Source: Octopus vulgaris
Taxonomy: Eukaryota
Length of the DNA stretch: 64,000 nucleotides
Assembly (NCBI GenBank): GCA_951406725.2
Contig: OX597816.1
Coordinates: forward strand, 147,250,001-147,314,000
Direction: 5' to 3'
Shown: positions 57,290-64,000 of the stretch, in pieces
How positions within the stretch are numbered: the first letter of the stretch is position 1
Layout: each line of letters starts with the position of its first letter
Notes under the pieces: generated by a model
Databases searched by the model: none
Told to the model about the DNA's origin: nothing
The model's input: only the letters and a program-made list of their open reading frames with translations
Position numbers and translations under genes: made by a program

Positions 57290-58135
57290 CGATGTGAGCA
57301 AAAACAGACATAAAGGCGATACACTTATTGAATGTCATGAACATCCAAAGCTGGAAAGAAGGTGCGGAGTAGGCCGACATACCTTGAAATTTTGGATGGG
57401 AAAGGACCTGTGTCCAATGTCAGAAAATAACCTAATGAACCAAGTGAAAAAAATTAGGAAGAAGGTTTACTTAACTGGAGTAGAAATATATCGGATTAAT
57501 GAAAGTCTGGGAGACCCTGCGGTTTGGAGTTGAAAAGAGAGAGGGAGGAGTTGAATGCAAGGAGAAGAGTCGACAGGAGGGAGATTGGAAAGGTGATGGG
57601 GCTGTTAAGGATGAGTAACAGGAACGTTATACAGTGAACCCTGGTACTGTGGTGGGTGGACATGCAGGGTATATGAGCAAACTAGATAATGTATTGCTTG
57701 AAATTCAAAGACGACTCACTGACTTGATGAATGCCCCAGAAGAAAAAAAGACCCCATAAATATGAGAAGGATAGATAGGAGTATGATAAATAAAGTAACA
57801 CAAAACATAAATACTGTCACACCATACATCCAGACGGAGGTCATAACACAAACAAGGAATCTTCTCCGGGTTATTACGCTACTTGTTGAGGAGAAATTAC
57901 AACTTACGAGAACAAAAAAATGGTGGTGCAAAAGAACCATGGGGGGAAACGACGCGATGAAAGGGATATTATGCGGACAAGGCAAGATCTAGGAAAAATT
58001 GAGCAATGGTTAAGCGGAAACTGAGAAAAATGGGAAAAAGACCGACCGAGAAAAATTAGAGAAGATATATAAAATACGGAAGAACGGATTTGATGCAGTT
58101 AAAACAGAGGGTGATTGCAAAATACAAATACAAAG
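57290..58135 (+). mobile_element. Degraded N-terminal region of an R4/Dong-type ORF
   Basis: WMGKDLCPMSENNLMNQVKKIRKKVYLTGVEI and KEPW-KRRDERDIMRTRQDLGKIEQW resemble the SEQxLxDQxRxI and EPWWKRR..I..LRKDL motifs of this clade. Confidence 0.65.
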
Positions 58136-58169
58136 CAAATGTCAAACATATAATGAAAATAGTAATAAT

Positions 58170-58295
58170 CCGATCTACTATAGGCACAAGGCCTGACATT
58201 TGGGGAAGGATGATGGTCGATTACATCGACACCATTCCTCAATCGGTACTTATTTATCGACCCCGAAAGGCAAAGTCGGTCTTGGTGGAATTTGT
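58170..58295 (-). mobile_element. SINE-C-related fragment
   Basis: ctactataggcacaaggcctga...gtcgattacatcgac...ggtacttatttatcgaccccgaaaggcaaagtcg. Confidence 0.7.
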
Positions 58296-59708
58296 ATCGA
58301 TTAAGTTCGAAATGTGGCTTTGTTACCTCGTCGTGCCTCGGACCATCAAAGAACTTTCGTCTTAGATAACATGGATTTTCTCTGACAACGAAGCCTTCGT
58401 ACTACACGTTGAACAATTGACGGCCAAGGTCTTTCCAAGTTAACCTTCCTTATGCGCCTCTTTTTTTACTAAATTCCCTTCTAATCAAGTTTTCCTTATC
58501 TTTAATCTCTTAAATTTTTTCCGGCCACAAATATTTTCCACCTCCCATGATACTCAGAATCTAAAATGTCATTATCATTAATCTGACACTTCCATGGAGC
58601 TACGTTTGAAGAGTTCGACGCTTCTCAAAACTATAATAATAGATTATCTGTGATATTGGCACAAGGCCGGTAATTTGAATCGAAGTGGTCATTAGCTCAA
58701 ATGTATTTGAATGTTACATTACTTTACCTATGAAAATGATGAAAAGCAAATATGAAAACTGAGCGATATGAACCTAAACGTACAGAACCAGAAAATACAT
58801 TAATATATTTTCCGACACTCTAAAGTTTCTTCAGCATTAACAATATAAAAATAATAATAACTTTAACAACTTTTAAGTAAAAAAAAAGCATTATAATAAT
58901 AACGTCAAGCTCAAATTTTATGGGGTGGAAGTTTCCATGTAATAATACATATTAATATATCTGAGGATTTTTATGCCTCTTACCAGCATGATCACTTTAT
59001 AGTCTCATATCTCTGAATCTAGAAGGAACTCTTTACAATCTTCTTTTGGAGTTATTCATTTATTATTGATTTAGAACCTTAAAAAATATCTTCAAGTGAT
59101 TCTTAAAAGAAATGATGTTTTGAATTTATGATAGAGTTTCTTTTCCCCTACTGGCTTTATCAATTATATATTTTTATATTTTGTTGATTTATTCTCGCTA
59201 CTCACTTCATGTTATTTTTCTAGCTATTCTACCTTTTTATAGTTATGCTTCTTCTCGCCTTCGTTTCGGATTCATGATTATCACACGAAATTATATTTTA
59301 ACATGTTCTGTATAGTTATTTCTTTTTTACATGGATATTTCCTATATTTTTCGAGTTCTAATCTCATAACTTTTGTTTCTTCCCTAATACAACGAATACA
59401 TTGAGTAGATTAAATGGCAATTGTTAAAATATGCGTATAGTCGAATACATTTAACGATATCAACGGTAAGTATTCGATACTCTCCGGCTGATGGAGCGGG
59501 AAGTTATTACTCCAGTAAGAACTAAATGAAAGCATGGAGAAAAATAAAAATGTATATTTTATGGTATATCGTCCAGTACTCACTTAGCAAGACCGACTGT
59601 TTTATATTGTACTTTTCCATATTTCTTGTTGTTGTTGTTGTTGTTGTTGTTGTTCTTCTTCTTCTTCTTCTTCTTCTTCTTCTTCTTCTTCTTCTTCTTC
59701 TTCTTCTT

Positions 59709-59769
<61 letters not shown>

Positions 59770-59830
59770 GTCTATCGACACACATGTTGCATATCGTTTC
59801 TGTAACTATGATGTTATTTATATTGCAACA

Positions 59831-59867
<37 letters not shown>

Positions 59868-60549
59868 TAATAAATAAAATATATGCATACATACAAACAT
59901 ATATGTACGTACCTACATCTACATGTATATATACATGCATATATAAATATATATGCGTACAGGACACCACAAAAAGACGTAGAACTCAACAGAAACGAAA
60001 ACGGAAAAGCCATTTTTTTACAACAGAAAGACAGAGTCGTGGAACAGGACGAGAACGAAAACGAGAAAAACATTATTTACAACAGAAAAACAAGGTACAG
60101 GACATACTACACAAGGAAAAATCCCCATATCAGTGTAGCAATTATCCACTACGTAGATAATCTAACCAGAAACTTAAGTAACGGGTTAGTTTTCCACTTT
60201 TGTTGCCATTAGAGGCTAATTTGGGGTTTGTTTAGCCTAACACATCCATCAATTTTTCCTCAAAAAAGAAAGATGGTGGGCGAGGATTGTTTGTCCACAA
60301 TAAAGAAGAGCCAGTTATCCGTGCAACAGAACAGTGAAATAGTAGATGCCAGTGACAACATCATCAGCAGTAACAACAGCAGCAGCAGCAACAACAACAA
60401 CGACAAATGATCATATGAAATGTATGAAAGTAACTTTCTGTTGCTTCCAGCACCACCTTCAACACCGCAGGAAAGACAAAAGTAATCAATGACAACAAAA
60501 AGCAACCACGAAAGCGAGAAAACTTCCACCTCCACTACACGCCAACATC

Positions 60550-62345
60550 ATTAACGAAAACTACAGAAACAAATAAAACGAACCATTCGAATTCGCTGTT
60601 AACGGTTTTGCCGCAGCGACGAAGGAAGTAAGTGAAGACATTTTTTTGATACATGAAAATGAATTCAAAAGAGCAAGATGTATGTTGGAGAAATGTGGCA
60701 CCTAATATCCCTAGATTTGCCCAACATGAAAGTAATTTGTGGATAGTTCTTTATAAAGCATTTGGAGCGAAATTAGAAGTGTAGAGCAGGTAACATACTG
60801 GCGGATTGAAAAATGTATACGATCAATTTGGAAGAGCAAAGCCTATAGAGCCAGGGGAAAAATATAAGTCTGTCGGAATTCATAAACCTACCAGATGGCA
60901 CAAAGCCTCACATGGCAGAAGGCTAGGAAGTTACTTGTGCAGGGACACAAATCACCTCAAATCCTTCTTCCCACAACAAATGAATTAATGGAGCCCCCAC
61001 TTTTTCCTACACTACCACCATAGCAACAAAACCACAAGAGCACCAGAAGAGGCAGGTGGCCTCTACAGCTGAAAACAACAGTAAAATTAGCTGCAACAGC
61101 ATAGCCACCGACAGCTGTAGCAGCAACAAGAAGAACAAGAGTGGAAGCAACTGCAGCAACACAACAGGGAACTTACCAACATCCACGGCTTCCACCTATA
61201 AGTCAGCAGCAAAAGTAAACCAATCAACCAAGAGCTTTATTATCAACATGTCAGCAAAAATTTTCTACAAGTTATAGTTTCCGTGTTCTGAGTAACCAGA
61301 CATGACCTGTGGTGAGGGGGACGACGATGAGTGTAAATAGCGACATAACGGCGGTTCTAACAAACGAAAAGAAATAAAAACACACTGGCATCAATCTAAA
61401 AACTGACAGGTATGATCGGAGGTGGAGACAACTTTCAGAACAAATATACAAATATATGTTTGCAACACCGTAATAGAATCACAGTTAGATTGTGTGAGGC
61501 TAATGGATAGAAAAATAAGTGGTGAAAGCCTTGCAAACCTGCTCAGACATTTTCAACTGTCTGACAGACCTCAAATTTGTGGTTTTAACAGTCGACATAT
61601 ATAGGCTTAGAAGGCAGGGACTTGTTTACTGGAAACTGAAAAAATCACTCCCCGGATGTCAAGCTTAGAGTGACCGGATTGGAGGCTCTTAGGAAACTCA
61701 GAAGAGGCTCTTAGGAAAGGTATTGCAACCGACGTGTTGGCTGCGAGATGGATTCGGGACCAGTTCTTCAACACTAAACACGAAGGTTGCATTGTGAGAG
61801 CTAAAGTGCGTACTCTAAGATAAAAGGGAACGAAAGCCGCTCGATGACCCGAGTAGCAGAGACGCAACATGGCAGCAAATCAACAACTCAGTCTTTGGTG
61901 GATCAATATGGACGCATGTTACACGACTCCGTGCAGATGTGTGCAGTATTTCGGCAGCACTTTTCCCAACTGTCTGGGACGAATGGCATTCTGGAATGCA
62001 ATATAGACTTCTGTGCCTATTTCGACGGCATGCAACGATACTGAGAAAATGGCCTGGTTTAGTTGTTCTGCTCTATGAGCTATAAATTTATATGTCAGAC
62101 TTGTTTCACAGCCTTTTAGCAGATATCTAATGCAATTGGCAGCAGAACTGGAGAATTCCCATTTCTGCGAGTCGATGTGTGGAGGCACTTCTAAGAAAGG
62201 ACCCTAGGAAGGGGGAGCAAATAAAAATAATTTGGCCCATAACACTGCTGAAAGCAATTTTGGCCAAGGTGTTAGCAAAGAAGCTGGTACTTATCGGGGA
62301 ACTGATAAGTGATTCACAAGCATGCGCAAACCCAAGATAATATAC
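60550..62345 (+). mobile_element. Heavily degraded L1/Tx1-type LINE (ORF1 zinc-knuckle remnant, endonuclease and RT pieces)
   Basis: GRRLGSYLCRDTNHLKS (decayed CCHC knuckle, about 60915-60965); KHEGCIVRAKVR..RVAETQHGSKSTTQSLVDQYG..MCAVFRQHFSQL; WPITLLK/ILAKVLAKKL..LISDSQACA (62233-62328). The 5' boundary is uncertain. Confidence 0.65.
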
Positions 62346-62574
62346 TTGCCGTAGACGTCAGAGTGGTTGTTGTATTTCTAGGGTTTTCAGGAACAGTACA
62401 TGGAAGTTTCCCTCTTTTGGGGATTTAATTGTTATAATTTTATTGTTTTCTATTTTGAAATGCAACACTATTTGTGTTGTCTTGTCCCTAATTTCTTACA
62501 TGAACATTATGTAGTGAATTTTAAAAAAATTATTATTATCAGGCAAAATTCATAGCACCATTCCATCCTTCTCG

Positions 62575-62719
62575 GTCTGAGTTCAAATTCCGGTGAGGTC
62601 GACTTTACCTTTCAGCCTTTCGAGGCCGATAAATTAAGTATCAGTTGAACACTGGGGTCCATGTAATCGACTGACCCCGTCCACGAGCTTCCAGACCTGG
62701 TATGAAATTTTGAAACCAT
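62575..62719 (+). mobile_element. SINE-C-related fragment
   Basis: ctgagttcaaattccggtgaggtcgactttacctttcagcctttcgaggccgataaattaagta. Confidence 0.8.
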
Positions 62720-62733
62720 TATCATCATCATCA

Positions 62734-62774
<41 letters not shown>

Positions 62775-62777
<3 letters not shown>

Positions 62778-63381
62778 TAGTTTTATTTTTATTTTTATAG
62801 CGTGCTTTCACTTCACTACCGAGCGCAGCTCTGTGTGCCTTGGGTATGTGCTGTGATTTGTTGTGATGCTCTGATGGTTATTGTATGGAAAGTGTTCTGC
62901 GTAGGATGTGGGCAGTGCCTAGTAGTGCAATTTTCTGTATGTTATATGTGTTTGTAAGTCCTGGTGTTTTTGTTATGTATTTGTCTGAATATTTTTTTAT
63001 CATGCCTAATGCACCTACTATGATAGGAATTGTTTCTGTTTTCAGATTCCACATTCTAGTTACCTCTATTTCCAAGTCTTTGTATTTTGAGAGTTTCTCC
63101 ATTTCTTTTAGAGACACGTTGTCATCTGCCGGTATTGATACATCAATTAAAAAGCATTTTTTTCTTCATGATCTCTGACAACTATATCTGGTCTGTTGGC
63201 CTTAATTTCTCTATCTGTGTGTATCGGCATATCCCAGAGTATGGTTGCTTTCTCGTTTTCTGTGACCTTTTCTGGTGTGTGCCTATACCATCTTTTTTCT
63301 GTTGTTATTCCATAATGTTGGCATAGCTTCCAATGTATGTAGGTTCCAACTCTGTCATGTCTGTGAATATATTCCTTCTTC

Positions 63382-63383
<2 letters not shown>
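62775..63383 (-). mobile_element. Young 5'-truncated R4/Dong LINE (endonuclease domain and 3' UTR) embedded in (AAT)n
   Basis: KKEYIHRHDRVGTYIHWKLCQHYG..ILWDMPIHTDREIKANRPDIVV../CFLIDVSIPADDNVSLKEMEKLSKYKDLEIEV..PIIVGALG..ALLGTAHILRRTLSIQ*. One frameshift in the homopolymer at 63157-63163. AATAAA near the 3' end; ATT arrays on both sides. Confidence 0.93.
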
Positions 63384-63425
<42 letters not shown>

Positions 63426-63439
63426 TTTATTATTTAGAA

Positions 63440-63630
63440 GGCGGTGAGCTGGCAGAAATGCTTAGCGGTATTTCGTCTGCCGCTATGTTCTGCGTTCAAA
63501 TTCCACCGAGGTCAGTATTGCCTTCCATCCTTTCCGGATCAATAAATGAAGTACCCGTGGAAGACTGGGATCGATGTAATCGGCTAGTCCCCTCCCCCAA
63601 AATTACATACCTTGTGCCATTAGTAGAAAT
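63440..63630 (+). mobile_element. SINE-C copy with an internal deletion
   Basis: ggcggtgagctggcagaaatgcttagcggtatttcgtctgccgct...gttcaaattccaccgaggtc. Confidence 0.85.
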
Positions 63631-63662
63631 TATTATTATTATTGTTGTTGTTGTTGTTGTTA

Positions 63663-64000
63663 TTATATGTTTGACTTTTGCTTTATGTCTGTACAAGTTG
63701 GCTCCAAGTCTCACCCAGAGACCTCAAGAGACAACAGGTTGGAAGTTCACGTTGTTGTTATGCCTAGTGTGCCATACATTTGTTTTCTTTTTGGTGTTGT
63801 ACTAGTGAATGTCTAATAAATAAATTTTAAAAAAAAGTTTGTTTTAAACCTTGGGATTACATAGAGAGTATTTTGCGTAGGATATGAGCAGTTCCCATAA
63901 GCACTATCTTTTGAATTTCTGCCATTTTGGGGTTTCCTGGTATCTGAGTCAGGTAGCAATCAGTCCCTTTCGCTATCGTTCCCAGGGCACCTATGACAAC
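63663..64000 (-). mobile_element. 3' end of a second R4/Dong family; continues beyond the window
   Basis: VVIGALGTIAKGTDCYLTQIPGNPKMAEIQKIVLMGTAHILRKILSM* (stop at 63857-63859); the 3' UTR runs into AAT/AAC repeats. Confidence 0.88.

Overview
AT-rich, microsatellite-dense eukaryotic (animal) genomic DNA. The repeat landscape resembles what I know of octopus/cephalopod genomes, but that assignment is inference. I can support only one host coding feature: a 351-nt phase 1-1 exon (21578-21928, +) encoding the 10-cysteine VWC domain and hinge of a CCN-family protein (CYR61/CTGF/NOV/WISP), with an unusual 12-residue basic insertion. I found no other CCN exon, so most of the window is probably very long intron. 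The rest is transposon-derived: three tRNA-head SINE families, three non-autonomous Helitrons, fragments of R4/Dong, RTE, CR1/L2-group and L1/Tx1 LINEs, and a Tc1/mariner remnant. The most interesting unannotated signal is a dispersed set of nine minimal type-I hammerhead ribozyme motifs plus two partial ones, from several repeat families. Several sit in Penelope-like inverted-repeat structures. Five of the nine carry the non-canonical core CCGANGA (U4C), and one inverted arm starts at the predicted self-cleavage site. Nearly all long ORFs in the supplied track are microsatellite artefacts. Element boundaries are read by eye and are approximate unless stated otherwise.
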